Of a DNA stretch of 64,000 bases, positions 1-10,094 are shown one piece after another (positions within the stretch are counted from its first letter, which is position 1; each line of letters starts with the position of its first letter). Below the pieces are notes generated by a model. The model made no database searches and had not been told where the DNA came from. It saw only the letters and a program-made list of their open reading frames with translations. A program made the position numbers and the translations under genes. Source of the stretch: an uncultured delta proteobacterium (GTDB lineage: Bacteria; Desulfobacterota; Desulfobacteria; Desulfobacterales; SG8-13); the NCBI GenBank assembly GCA_963848135.1, contig CAWKCK010000003.1:62001-126000 (forward strand). Direction: 5' to 3'.

Positions 1-480
1 CACTACGAAAAGCCGGCGACCTCAAACCAGGCCATCGAAGGAAATGAGGTAGCGTATAAATTGTGGTATAACGATAAAATATGGAAACTCCATGGAAAGA
101 AAGGTCCCAATTTTAAAACCACAGATCAAGAGTCAAAATATAGAAACAGGTTGTTATCTAATACTTCAAGTGATGTATTTGTTTCAATAGAAGAAACTCA
201 TGAAATACTGTCATATGGAGAATCTTTTAAACACTATTCAAAATGGATAAAACGTCAAGGGGGCCAAATAGTAGACAAGGAGATAAGAAATGTTAATGGA
301 AAAGATATTCTATTTATCAAATCGATTGTAGAATCTGAATCTAAACCACTGGTAAGTATAAATTATGTCTTAACTAACAAATCCGGCGGTGTGAGTATTA
401 CTGCGGGGGTATCGGAGAAATTATTTGAACTTCATAAAACAGAAATATTTGACATATTGAATGGCCTCGTTGATCAATAA
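1..480 (+). CDS. hypothetical protein, 5'-partial (AT-rich)
   Basis: Frame is open from base 1 to the stop at 478-480; ORF track lists 61..480; no family motif recognised. Confidence 0.6.
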   Translation, partial: HYEKPATSNQAIEGNEVAYKLWYNDKIWKLHGKKGPNFKTTDQESKYRNRLLSNTSSDVFVSIEETHEILSYGESFKHYSKWIKRQGGQIVDKEIRNVNGKDILFIKSIVESESKPLVSINYVLTNKSGGVSITAGVSEKLFELHKTEIFDILNGLVDQ

Positions 481-679
481 CGTATAGAACGTTTCGCACA
501 TTTTGAAAGAGTAACTCTCAATCTGGTATGGTTTGTGTTGACAATAATCCATATAGATCCGCCGTCCTGGCATTGGATTGCACCCGTAACGTATCATTTG
601 CCCTGCTAAGATATACGCCTCCTTCAATCTGCTCCTCGTATGGCGTTTACCACACCGAAATGTGCTGCCATACTCATTC

Positions 680-705
680 GTTACAATTTGTTACACATTG
701 ATACG
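680..705 (+). promoter_or_regulatory. putative OmpR/CpxR-type tandem binding site
   Basis: GTTACA(680)-N4-GTTACA(690)-N4-GATACG(700), 10-bp period, ~100 bp upstream of the Spy/CpxP gene that neighbours an OmpR-family regulator. Confidence 0.5.
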
Positions 706-808
706 TCCATGAAAAGCATTGAGCGCAGGACTGCCATATAGTGGGTTCAAACAATCGCGGTTACCGCACATTGCAGCCGCTAAACCCACAATGTAACAGG
801 AGGCAGTC

Positions 809-1264
809 ATGAAGAAGCGCTATGCTATTTTGACCACCGTTTTCTCTTTTCTACTCATCGCCGGCCTTGGCGCTTGCAGGCACGGTCACGCTCGCGGCGG
901 TTTCGATGAATTCGATATGGAGGCCGCCACCAACCGGATCGCAGCGCGGCTGGATTTGTCTGAATCTCAAAAAACGGAATTGAAGGATATCATCACCGAA
1001 ATTGTGACAAGGGCAAAAGAGATGCGCGCCGATCGTGAAACCCGCCACAGTGAACTGGCGAACCTGGTTCGCCAGAACGCAATCGATCCCGAAACCGTTG
1101 ACCTGAAGATAACCGAGAAAGTTGACCAGATGAAGGACCTGGCGGACTTAGCCACTTCTCGATTGATCGCTTTTCACGCCACTCTAACCCCGGAGCAGCG
1201 TGAGAAGATCGCCGCGCACATCGAGGAACATACCGCTACCGATCGCTGCTTTTTTCGACGATAA
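809..1264 (+). CDS. Spy/CpxP-family periplasmic (lipo)protein
   Basis: Signal peptide with lipobox-like LGAC; LDLSESQK and LTPEQR (LTXXQ) motifs; RBS AGGAGG; next to a two-component pair. Confidence 0.85.
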   Translation: MKKRYAILTTVFSFLLIAGLGACRHGHARGGFDEFDMEAATNRIAARLDLSESQKTELKDIITEIVTRAKEMRADRETRHSELANLVRQNAIDPETVDLKITEKVDQMKDLADLATSRLIAFHATLTPEQREKIAAHIEEHTATDRCFFRR

Positions 1265-1275
1265 CGGCTGTCAAC

Positions 1276-1314
1276 CCGTGGACCGCCGCCGCTTTCATGG
1301 TCGGCGGTCCGCGG
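1276..1314 (+). terminator. GC-rich hairpin after the Spy/CpxP gene
   Basis: CCGTGGACCGCCG / CGGCGGTCCGCGG stem just after the stop codon. Confidence 0.5.
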
Positions 1315-1394
1315 TTCCGTGCAACCTTTTCGCTTTAATTCCCATAGACATCTAATTATTTCAGGAGAGTTTTTCCCGCAAATGCCGAACCAAG

Positions 1395-1494
1395 GCGGAG
1401 GGAGTATCAGCCGCGAAAGCGGGCGCTGACTGAATGTGTAAGGCAGCCTTATGTATGAGTTTGCGCGCTGTAGTTCGCTGATTATTCCCTCCGC
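1395..1494 (+). other. long imperfect hairpin (structured RNA or attC-like element)
   Basis: GCGGAGGGAGTATCAGC pairs with GCTGATTATTCCCTCCGC; inner stem ATGTGTAAGG/CCTTATGTAT with G-U pairs; CCGC-GAAA-GCGG tetraloop. Confidence 0.45.
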
Positions 1495-1619
1495 TCCCGG
1501 TTAATGAAAACGCCCCGAGGGCTCAATTGTTTATCCCTGGTCATGGGTTTATTTTGTGAAAAAAAACTGTTACTGAGCAGTTTAGGTCAATCTTGGTCAG
1601 AAAAAGCTCAAAAGAGGCG

Positions 1620-2333
1620 ATGTCAATGCCCTGGAAAATCCTCGTCATCGACGACGATGAAAAACTCAACAAACTATTGAAACGATTTCTCGGTGAGTTT
1701 GATTTTACGGTTTACTCAGCAACCAATGCCCGGGAAGGCCTAAAAAAGATCCGAACCGTTTCACCGGATTTGATTATCCTCGATTTGATGCTGCCCGGGA
1801 TGAGCGGATTTGACGTTTGTAAACGCATCCGGCAGACCAGTTCGTTACCTATTATAATGCTCACCGCTCGGGGTGATTTGATGGATAAAGTCGTGGGACT
1901 CGAACTGGGGGCCGACGACTATTTACCCAAGCCATTCGAGCCGCGCGAACTTGTCGCCAGGATTCAGGCGGTGCTCCGCCGGGTAAAGGACACCGGAACG
2001 GACCGTTGCCGACACTTCGGGCGATTGACCATCGACTTTCACCGTCAGCAGGTGCGGCTGGACGATGACCTCATCCGATTGACCACCAACGAATATGCCG
2101 CTCTCGATCTACTAGCCCGGCATGCCGGCAGAGTACTGGACCGTGACGAAATCCTCCAAACCCTGCGCGGCATTGACAGCGACCCGTTCAACCGGGCGGT
2201 CGACATCACCATCAGTCGGCTGCGTCAGAAGCTGGGGGATCGTCCGAAAAACCCGGAATTCATTAAAACCGTCTGGAACGCCGGTTATGTCTTCATTGCC
2301 AAGGAGTCGGCGGATGCACCGACGTCGGTTTAG
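1620..2333 (+). CDS. OmpR/CpxR-family response regulator
   Basis: REC domain (ILVIDDD, DLMLPG, KPF) plus winged HTH (RAVDITISRLRQKL, IKTVWNAGY); ATG at 1620 after AGAGG. Confidence 0.95.
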   Translation: MSMPWKILVIDDDEKLNKLLKRFLGEFDFTVYSATNAREGLKKIRTVSPDLIILDLMLPGMSGFDVCKRIRQTSSLPIIMLTARGDLMDKVVGLELGADDYLPKPFEPRELVARIQAVLRRVKDTGTDRCRHFGRLTIDFHRQQVRLDDDLIRLTTNEYAALDLLARHAGRVLDRDEILQTLRGIDSDPFNRAVDITISRLRQKLGDRPKNPEFIKTVWNAGYVFIAKESADAPTSV

Positions 2334-3630
2334 GCGACTGTTTCACTCCGCATTCACCAAGCTGCTGGTGATCATACTGGCCGCCGGTGTCGCCATTACC
2401 CTCACCGTTTTGGTGGGTTTTTCCGTCATCCGGTTTCACAGTGTCTCCCATCTGGACCGAAATATGACCCTGTATGCCGAATACCTCTCTCGAGACCTGG
2501 GTGATCCTCCCGAATTCCAACGCGCGGTTGACATCGCACAACGCACCGGTATGGCCATTCGCTTCGACCACCCCAATCTTGGATGGCAAACGGCTGGGTT
2601 CCCAACCAAGGTTCCGCTTGAACGTGCTTGGATTCGCCACCATGACGGGGGTGTATGGACCGGCCGTTTGAGGGGTCGCGTGTTTGTTCGTATCGGGCAC
2701 GCTGGTGGCGACTTGATATTCATCGCACCCCAGTGGGCTGCGGACCACGAAAACGCCGGAATAATCCTGATGGCGATGGCTGTTTCCCTTTCCGCCATCC
2801 TTGCCGCCGCTTATTTCTTTATTCGAAGGGTACTGAAGCCGCTGCGAACGTTGAAAAGGGGCGTAGAGGCCTTGGGCGCCGGACAACTGGACCATCGGGT
2901 GCCACAAAACGGCCATGATGAATTTCGTGACCTGAGTGAAGCGTTCAACACGATGGCCGGACGGCTTTCCGACCTCATGAAAAATAAAGAACAGCTCCTC
3001 TTGGACGTCAGCCACGAGTTGCGCTCACCAATTACACGACTCAAGGTCCAATCTGAATTTATCCAAGACGAGGAGATCCGAAAAAATTTGCAGGCCGATG
3101 TGGCAGAAATGGCAGCCATGGTTTCCACAATACTGGAAGAAGCCCGCTTGCGGAATACTTCCACGGCACTGCAGATGGAACCAACCGATATGGTTAAATT
3201 TCTGCAATCGGTTGTAGACGATTTTAAGGACCAAGCGCCGGGTGTGGGGTGTGCGTCATTGGATCCGTTGACCATTGAAGTGGATCGCGATAAAATGCGA
3301 ATCGTAATGCGGAATCTGATCGACAATGCATTAAAAAACACCCCTGAGGGTGGAAAGCCAGTGGCAGTTTCCATGGCCCGGGGAGAAAACCACCTCAATA
3401 TCGTTGTAAAAGATTGGGGTGTCGGGATTGCCGATTCGGCCATACCGCACCTCTTCGAACCTTTCTATCGCACCGACTCCTCCCGCTCCCGCAAGACGGG
3501 CGGCTATGGCCTGGGGTTGAGCCTGTGCAAGGCGATTGTCGACGCCCACAAGGGCAATATTGACATCTTCAGCATACTCGGGCAGGGTACCACGGTAAAA
3601 GTCAAACTTCCCATTTCTATTAGACAATAG
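2314..3630 (+). CDS. HAMP-domain sensor histidine kinase
   Basis: Two TM segments, HAMP, H-box DVSHELRSPITRL, N-box NLIDNALK, G boxes DWGVGI and GYGLGL; start MHRRR at 2314 after AAGGAG. Confidence 0.93.
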   Translation: MHRRRFRRLFHSAFTKLLVIILAAGVAITLTVLVGFSVIRFHSVSHLDRNMTLYAEYLSRDLGDPPEFQRAVDIAQRTGMAIRFDHPNLGWQTAGFPTKVPLERAWIRHHDGGVWTGRLRGRVFVRIGHAGGDLIFIAPQWAADHENAGIILMAMAVSLSAILAAAYFFIRRVLKPLRTLKRGVEALGAGQLDHRVPQNGHDEFRDLSEAFNTMAGRLSDLMKNKEQLLLDVSHELRSPITRLKVQSEFIQDEEIRKNLQADVAEMAAMVSTILEEARLRNTSTALQMEPTDMVKFLQSVVDDFKDQAPGVGCASLDPLTIEVDRDKMRIVMRNLIDNALKNTPEGGKPVAVSMARGENHLNIVVKDWGVGIADSAIPHLFEPFYRTDSSRSRKTGGYGLGLSLCKAIVDAHKGNIDIFSILGQGTTVKVKLPISIRQ

Positions 3631-3829
3631 CGCTAAGTTTTCCAATGCGCCGATAATTTCATGTTTAGTAAAACCACTTCTGTTTGATCCATGTAATAGA
3701 GAGGATTGAATTTGTTCAAAATGAGGTGGCACGTTTTACGATTGAAATTTATACAGGAGACAGGCCTTATCACACGCCTCCTTTTAAAGAGAAATCCTAC
3801 CCTCCATTGATGACACAAAGGGAGACATC

Positions 3830-4849
3830 ATGAATCTTGCTGAAAAATTCTTTCCCCCCTGGATCGAACTTGCCCGTTTGCCCACCCCGCTCCAGCCCCT
3901 GAAGCGTTGGAGCGAAAAGCTCGGTGTCGATCTGATGATCAAACGCGACGATCTCACCGGGGCCGCGCTTTCAGGCAACAAGATCCGCAAACTCGAATTC
4001 GTCCTGGCAGATGCCCTTGCAAAAAAGGCCGATACCGTATTGACCTGCGGCGGCGAGCAGTCCAATCACTGCCGTGCCACAGCCATCGCCGCGGCTATGC
4101 TCGGCTTGGACTGTCGTCTGCTGCTGCGTACCGCCAATCCCGCTAATCCACCGCCACCCGAAGGCAACATTCTGCTCGATCGGATGGCAGGGGCGGAAAT
4201 CGTCTGGATCACACCCGAGGAGTATAAGCGGCGCGAGGAATTTTTCGCCCGTGAGGCCGAAAGTCTTCGCAGTCAGGGGAAAGTTCCCTATATCATCCCT
4301 GAAGGGGCCTCCGATGCGGTCGGTGCCTGGGGCTATATCAAGGGGATGGAAGAATTGGTGTGCGATCTCTCCGGCGTTTCCAGCCGGGAAGAACCGGTGA
4401 CTGTCCTTCATGCCTGCGGGTCCGGAGGCACGGCCGCCGGGCTGATTCTGGGAGCCAAATTGTCCCGGCAGCCGATCAGGGTCACCAGTATCAACGTCTG
4501 CGATGACCGCGATTATTTCATCGAGGTCGTCGGTGGTATCTGCGAAAAGGCGATCGCGGAATATAATCTGGATATCGCATTTGATCGCCATCGCGATATC
4601 GAAATCATCGACGGCTACGTCGGCCGAGGGTATGCGCTGTCCCAACCGGAGGAGCTGAGACTCATTTGCGAAATGGCCCGAACCGAAGGTATATTCCTCG
4701 ATCCGGTGTATACCGGTAAGGCTTTTTACGGTATGGTGCAGGAATTAAGACGTGACCCGAAATGCTTCGGAGATCGCATCGTTTTCCTCCATACCGGGGG
4801 GATTTTCGGCCTGTTTCCGGCGGCAAAACAGATAGCCCCGATCCTGTGA
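3830..4849 (+). CDS. D-cysteine desulfhydrase / ACC deaminase family PLP enzyme
   Basis: IKRDDLTG..SGNKIRKLEF (PLP lysine), QSNHCR, CGSGGT, LDPVYTGKA, FLHTGG. Confidence 0.92.
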   Translation: MNLAEKFFPPWIELARLPTPLQPLKRWSEKLGVDLMIKRDDLTGAALSGNKIRKLEFVLADALAKKADTVLTCGGEQSNHCRATAIAAAMLGLDCRLLLRTANPANPPPPEGNILLDRMAGAEIVWITPEEYKRREEFFAREAESLRSQGKVPYIIPEGASDAVGAWGYIKGMEELVCDLSGVSSREEPVTVLHACGSGGTAAGLILGAKLSRQPIRVTSINVCDDRDYFIEVVGGICEKAIAEYNLDIAFDRHRDIEIIDGYVGRGYALSQPEELRLICEMARTEGIFLDPVYTGKAFYGMVQELRRDPKCFGDRIVFLHTGGIFGLFPAAKQIAPIL

Positions 4850-5035
4850 TGCACTGGAAGTTTTGTTTAAATCTCAATTATGACCGCAGAAAAGAAATCC
4901 GGACCAACAATCCCCTTTTAGATCTTGAGGATTTTTTTCCCAAACAGTGAAAGCACATACTCGGTCGCCGTCCCGGTGTTTGAGTGATTCACATCCCTTT
5001 CGGGAAAATAATCGACAACCACCAGAGACCGCATG

Positions 5036-5101
5036 AAGCCTGACAATTCCGGATCCCATCTGGCCAGTACCGAGAACCGCCACTTTTAATTTATCTTTCA
5101 T
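5036..5101 (-). pseudogene. N-terminal remnant of an NAD(P)-dependent dehydrogenase (DapB / 2,4-diaminopentanoate dehydrogenase-like)
   Basis: RBS GAGGCGG, then MKDKLKVAVLGTGQMGSGIVRL (Rossmann GxGxxG); the frame then turns into non-protein-like sequence. Confidence 0.6.
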
Positions 5102-5338
5102 ATGACTACCGCCTCAAATTAGTCGACTTTTGAGCATAGCCTCAGAAGTCCTAATTTAATAGTCATAGCTATGACTCATTTTTGTTTTCTTCATCATTTA
5201 GATGTGATCTGTCTAAAGCATTGCAGATGGTCCTGTATAATGGTGTAAAATCGATAATCCAGTAATTTCAGAGCATCACCCATGGAACAAAATCATTTAC
5301 TTATCCTTTGGTCATCGAGCCACCATTTAAATATAAAC

Positions 5339-6034
5339 CTATTCCTTTAGGCTGCGAACTGGCAAAATATAGCCAGATCGATTTTTAATATTTTCGTAAC
5401 AAGTAGTGCCGGATTCGATGTATACAATCCATGCTATTTCAGAATGATAATCAAGCGTTGTTGCCGACCAATGGTAACCCGGGGGAGCATCTGAAAACAT
5501 ATGACCGTTTGGTAAGGCTGGATCTCTTTTGCTAAAATCGATCAATGTGCACAGCTCCTTCATTGTCGGTAATCGCCAATCACCGGCAGAAGAACCATCA
5601 GAAAGAACAAGATCGGGATTCGGCCCACAGTCTCCCTCTTTAAGGCTTTTCGCTGCCAGCACAGCACTTTGCCAATCCTGAATCCCGAGACAATTCGTAT
5701 TTTTAAGCCAAACAAGCTTGGTCAGATTGTCGGTCACCGTGCCATTTTTGTTATCAGTAAAACGGGAACCAGAGATGGACTTATCAAACATCAGTTCTGC
5801 ATACGGTCCTTTAAAATCACATGGAATGATATTTTCTCTCCAGTCATAGCAAGTAGAGTCAAAAGGATTAACTATAGCTGCAAATACATCATCATTTTGA
5901 GATGCTGAAAGCGGAATATCTTCGTTAGCATAAAACGGCTCAACCTGTATGCAAGAGAATACGAAGAACAATGAAATCAGGTGGAACACAATGTATTTAA
6001 TCGCAATTGATCTTTTCTTTAAATTTAACCTCAT
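5339..6034 (-). CDS. DUF1566 (Lcl C-terminal) domain lipoprotein
   Basis: FTDNKNGTVTDNLTKLVWLK, DWRLPTMKEL, YHWSATT; lipobox-like VFSC; start uncertain (6034 or 6163). Confidence 0.82.
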   Translation of the reverse strand: MRLNLKKRSIAIKYIVFHLISLFFVFSCIQVEPFYANEDIPLSASQNDDVFAAIVNPFDSTCYDWRENIIPCDFKGPYAELMFDKSISGSRFTDNKNGTVTDNLTKLVWLKNTNCLGIQDWQSAVLAAKSLKEGDCGPNPDLVLSDGSSAGDWRLPTMKELCTLIDFSKRDPALPNGHMFSDAPPGYHWSATTLDYHSEIAWIVYIESGTTCYENIKNRSGYILPVRSLKE

Positions 6035-6260
6035 CTGTCGCACCCAAAACCAGAGTACAAAGTACGATAAAAAGAAATGTATATTTTTTCCGTTTTCTTC
6101 TATTGTTTCCCATTTTTCATATCTAACGAACGTATTTGAACCAGTCGGTTTTTTTTGAACCACTTGTCGTGCATTTTCTCAAATCGCCCGTCTTGCTTGA
6201 TTTCCTGTAAAAAATTGTTCAACCATTTGAGAAAATCAGGATCATTTCTGTATAAGCAAA

Positions 6261-6989
6261 CTACACAGATTTACTAATCGCCTGATATACAGAATTCGTC
6301 AGCGTGACAAAGTCAAATACAGGACAGCCAGTCACCTTCCGAATAGAATTGGCAAAAGGTGGAAGATCCGTGCATTCCAAAATGAAAGCTCCGATATCGG
6401 CCATCTTCATCATTGAACATGCGACATTTACAACGTCGTTTTCTACCATGGAAATATCAATATCTTCATTAGGCGAAGAAAATATCTTATCCCATTCTGC
6501 ACAGGCTTCCAAGCCTTCGATATAAATCGAAAGCTGGTTTTCTATCCCAACACTTCCCAAGTGTTTTTCCGTAAGAGCCGATTTTTTAGCGGTGATAACG
6601 CCCACTGACTGTTGTCCCCCTATCATGTTCCGCACCAGAGGGATCTGCATCAGGCTAGAAGTGAATACTGGCACATTTACAGAATCGGCTAGTTCTCTCT
6701 GAAAAACAGCGTTAAAACCACAGCTGGTAGTAATTGCTCGAATACCTTGTTCCGTCATTTTGCGAGCTTCACCAATCATGGTTTGCAGGACATTTTGACA
6801 AGGTTTTTCAATAATCGTATGAATATTGGCTCCCTTTATTCTGCAATATTTCAGGGGGAATTCAAATGTTTCTGGATTGGTACTGTTTCCCGGAAGCTTT
6901 TCAAGTTGTACTAAACCACGTGGAACGCAACCTTCTTCCCAACATAAAATACCTATCAATGGTGTTTTCGAAGAAACATCTGTCTTCAC
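6261..6989 (-). CDS. aspartate/glutamate/hydantoin racemase family protein
   Basis: Two-cysteine motifs ITTSCGF and LECTDLPP; PVFTSSL. Confidence 0.85.
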   Translation of the reverse strand: MKTDVSSKTPLIGILCWEEGCVPRGLVQLEKLPGNSTNPETFEFPLKYCRIKGANIHTIIEKPCQNVLQTMIGEARKMTEQGIRAITTSCGFNAVFQRELADSVNVPVFTSSLMQIPLVRNMIGGQQSVGVITAKKSALTEKHLGSVGIENQLSIYIEGLEACAEWDKIFSSPNEDIDISMVENDVVNVACSMMKMADIGAFILECTDLPPFANSIRKVTGCPVFDFVTLTNSVYQAISKSV

Positions 6990-7087
6990 GATTATAGGAT
7001 CTCCTTTCTTGATACCGCATTACCATTTGGAATGGCTTCCAATAATACTTATCTTATCCATGTCACCAATTACGAGTGCTTCCGCAT

Positions 7088-7144
7088 AAGATCCAGCGGT
7101 TTGTAATTATTGGCTCCATATTGTTTTTCAAGATTGATATATGA
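7088..7144 (-). pseudogene. fragment of ornithine aminotransferase N-terminus
   Basis: Intergenic DNA translates to SYINLEKQYGANNYKPLDL, matching the RocD/OAT N-terminal motif YGA(N/H)NY(H/K)PL. Confidence 0.6.
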
Positions 7145-7252
7145 AGTGGCTTGTATTTAAAGCTCCGAGAAAATATTTGAAGAGATTCGGACACACTTTT
7201 TAGGTATCTTTTTATGAGAACTAAATTTGTTGAGCACCATCTGCATATATCT

Positions 7253-8335
7253 TTATGCCAGCAGTTTCTCCAATTCTTTTGCAGTGTACTTTGAAAGTCC
7301 TAAAGTTTCCATTGTGCGCCTGGCTTCACCGAAATAATCTCGATTCATCAACAGAGAAACCAGTGTGATCACAGCCGACATAACCGGTGTCGCTACCCCG
7401 ATCTGTTCCCCAAGGTTCTGGAGGAACACCAGACCATACCCCACATCTTCATTGAAATAGCGGTAATCCAGACTACTCTGGGCTTTGACCCCCGCGAATC
7501 CCGGCGCGGTGTTAAATCCGGTGTCATAGGAGGCTTCAAGCATATAGCCCTGGATGACGCCTAATTCCGGATCGGGAATGACGTCCACGCCCAATTTTTT
7601 TCCAATGGCGATCCGTTCTCTATCAACGGCTTCGATCAGCTTGCCAACCGCCGGAGTGACGCCCTCGTGATAAAAATCGAAATCGCCGTTGGTGCGTTCG
7701 ATTAACGCGACATTCATGAGCGTAATCGCGGGATGGATGACCGGGTTGCCGTTCTGTAAGCTGGTCTGGAGTATATTCTTTGCCGCGCTCATCGTCGGAT
7801 AGACATCGCGCACCTGCTCCAACACGTTATTGGTATTATGCGCCGGAACCGCCGCCAGGAACAACCCGCCTTTGAGCTTGTTAAAAATCCTGATTTTGCC
7901 AGGTTCAAGCAGTCGTACGGCATACGGCAGCGTCGAAGTCTCTGCAACGACAATGTCAGCATCCCGAAGATCCAGTCCCGCGCCGTTTTTAAATTCAACA
8001 CTGCCACCGCAGGAACTTGGGCACACGATCACGATCTGCCCTTGCTTGAGGTATGGCTTACAGGCTTCGGCAAAGGGTCTGGTGCTGTACGCCGGGCCAA
8101 CGGCATATATGATATCAGCCCCATCCAACGCTTTTTCAATCTCGTGTCCGGCAGAGACCACCGGCTGAAATCCTTCAAGTATGCCCTCGCAGTGGATGCC
8201 TCCGCTTTTTCGGACAGCCTTAATACTCTCCGGAAATTGTTCGAAATCAAATAGACTAACCTGATGCCCGTGGGCCGCACAGTCGAATGCAACGGCACAG
8301 CCCCCGTTTCCCGAGCCCAATACAGCGATGTTCAT
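7253..8335 (-). CDS. NAD/NADP octopine/nopaline (opine) dehydrogenase family
   Basis: IAVLGSGNGG, AETSTLPY, SLQNGNPVIHP, DRERIAIG, RYFNEDVGYGL. Confidence 0.92.
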   Translation of the reverse strand: MNIAVLGSGNGGCAVAFDCAAHGHQVSLFDFEQFPESIKAVRKSGGIHCEGILEGFQPVVSAGHEIEKALDGADIIYAVGPAYSTRPFAEACKPYLKQGQIVIVCPSSCGGSVEFKNGAGLDLRDADIVVAETSTLPYAVRLLEPGKIRIFNKLKGGLFLAAVPAHNTNNVLEQVRDVYPTMSAAKNILQTSLQNGNPVIHPAITLMNVALIERTNGDFDFYHEGVTPAVGKLIEAVDRERIAIGKKLGVDVIPDPELGVIQGYMLEASYDTGFNTAPGFAGVKAQSSLDYRYFNEDVGYGLVFLQNLGEQIGVATPVMSAVITLVSLLMNRDYFGEARRTMETLGLSKYTAKELEKLLA

Positions 8336-8622
8336 ATTGTTATCCTCCTGATTTCTTCGAGTGAGTGACAGGAAATTTCTATTAATATACCGTTTCGCGG
8401 ATCTCTACGAAGCTCAAGCTACGACAACGTACTCGGATATAAGGCTCGATGTACATTTACAGGAACTTAAACCATTGAGCCCTTCGCACGATAGCCGTAT
8501 GTCAATGTCGAAGTGTAGATAATGGTAGGCAATTTATCGAAACCAACTTCGCAAAAGACTTGAGCAAATGCGCCATAAATTTAGAATTATTCTGTTCAGC
8601 GAACAACGATATGGAGAATCAA

Positions 8623-9351
8623 TCAATGCGTTAGGATTGAGCTTAAAAAGAATTTGCCGCGATCTGTTTGTGGATTTTTGAAAAAATCGTTTGGCGGTGC
8701 AACCTCGATGATTTGTCCTTCATCCATAAAGACGACCCGGTTAGCCACCTCTCGGGCGAATCCCATTTCGTGGGTGACGACCATCATGGTCATCCCTTCC
8801 TTGGCTAGATCTCGCATGACATCAAGGACTTCATTGATCATCTCCGGGTCAAGGGCCGATGTGGGTTCGTCAAATAGCATAATTTTAGGGCGCATACATA
8901 AGCCTCTGGCAATAGCCACCCGCTGCTGTTGTCCGCCTGATAGCTGCGCAGGATGGCTATCGATTCTTTCCCCCAATCCCACCCGTGTAAGTGTCTCCCT
9001 ACCGATTTTTTCTGCCTCTTCTTTCGGTATATTTCTGACCCTGATTGGTGCAATGGTCACGTTTCCTAAAGCTGTCATATGAGGATAGAGATTGAATGAT
9101 TGAAAGATAAACCCGATCTCCGCTCGAATCTTGGTCATATTTGTCTTGTTGTCATGGACATTCATGTTGTCGACAACGAGCTCTCCTTTCTGGATGGGCT
9201 CCAAGCGGTTGATACAGCGAATCAGAGTGCTTTTCCCTGAACCGCTCGGACCGCAGACCACCACCACCTCGCCCTGAGCAACCTCTAGGTTGATTTCCTT
9301 CAGGACATGAAGATCGCCGAACCATTTGTTTACGTTCTTGAAAGAGATCAT
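8623..9351 (-). CDS. polar amino acid ABC transporter ATP-binding protein (GlnQ-like)
   Basis: [35 protein letters not shown]. Confidence 0.97.
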   Translation of the reverse strand: MISFKNVNKWFGDLHVLKEINLEVAQGEVVVVCGPSGSGKSTLIRCINRLEPIQKGELVVDNMNVHDNKTNMTKIRAEIGFIFQSFNLYPHMTALGNVTIAPIRVRNIPKEEAEKIGRETLTRVGLGERIDSHPAQLSGGQQQRVAIARGLCMRPKIMLFDEPTSALDPEMINEVLDVMRDLAKEGMTMMVVTHEMGFAREVANRVVFMDEGQIIEVAPPNDFFKNPQTDRGKFFLSSILTH

Positions 9352-9408
9352 TAAATCATCCCCCTTTGTGTATAAACAGCTTTACACAGCTACTTATCCT
9401 ATTCCTTT

Positions 9409-10077
9409 TTAGAGCCTCGTACTTACGACAGTCATCCGTCTTTCCAGAAAATTAGAAATATTTATCAACGGATAACAAATGACGAAATATAAAATGCCCA
9501 CCAGGCCGAATACCATCAGACCTTCAGGAATACGTTGAACTGTCAGCCAACCGACTCTGGTTATATCAACCACTCCAATTGCAGAGACAACGGATGAATC
9601 TTTTACAATCAGTACAAATTGACCCACCAGCGGGGGCAGAATCGTGCGCAGGGCCTGGGGTAGAATGATGTATCGAAGCTGGTGATAGGCTGAAAGGCCT
9701 GAGGCCGTCGCCGCTTCTCTTTGTCCGGATGGAACGGCCAAGATACCGCCGGCTACGATTTCACAGATAAAACAAGCAGCCAGGTTGCTGAGGGCGATTA
9801 CCGCGGCCGGAAAAGCCTCTAATTCTATGCCAGCACTCGGTAGAATAAAAAATATAATAAAGACCTGGACCAGAAAGGGTGTCCCACGAATGAGGTCCAC
9901 CCACGCGCCTATAATGGATCGAAGAATCTTGCTCCCGCTGGCCCTCATGATTCCCCAAATGAAGCCGATAATGGTCCCCGCGATCAAGCTCAATCCAGAA
10001 ACCGCTACGGTCATCCAAAGCCCCTTGAGGAAGAACGGCAGGCTGCGCATCAGTTCGTTAAAATAGAAACCCCACAT
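9409..10077 (-). CDS. polar amino acid ABC transporter permease
   Basis: IRGTPFLVQ, EAA loop GQREAATASG, ILPQALR, KDSS. Confidence 0.95.
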   Translation of the reverse strand: MWGFYFNELMRSLPFFLKGLWMTVAVSGLSLIAGTIIGFIWGIMRASGSKILRSIIGAWVDLIRGTPFLVQVFIIFFILPSAGIELEAFPAAVIALSNLAACFICEIVAGGILAVPSGQREAATASGLSAYHQLRYIILPQALRTILPPLVGQFVLIVKDSSVVSAIGVVDITRVGWLTVQRIPEGLMVFGLVGILYFVICYPLINISNFLERRMTVVSTRL

Positions 10078-10094
10078 AGTTTATCCCTCGTGTC

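Noticed and set aside
1395..1494. c-di-GMP-I riboswitch or hammerhead ribozyme
   Set aside because: A GAAA tetraloop is present, but the GGCAAA/GACGCAAA and CUGANGA core motifs are not.
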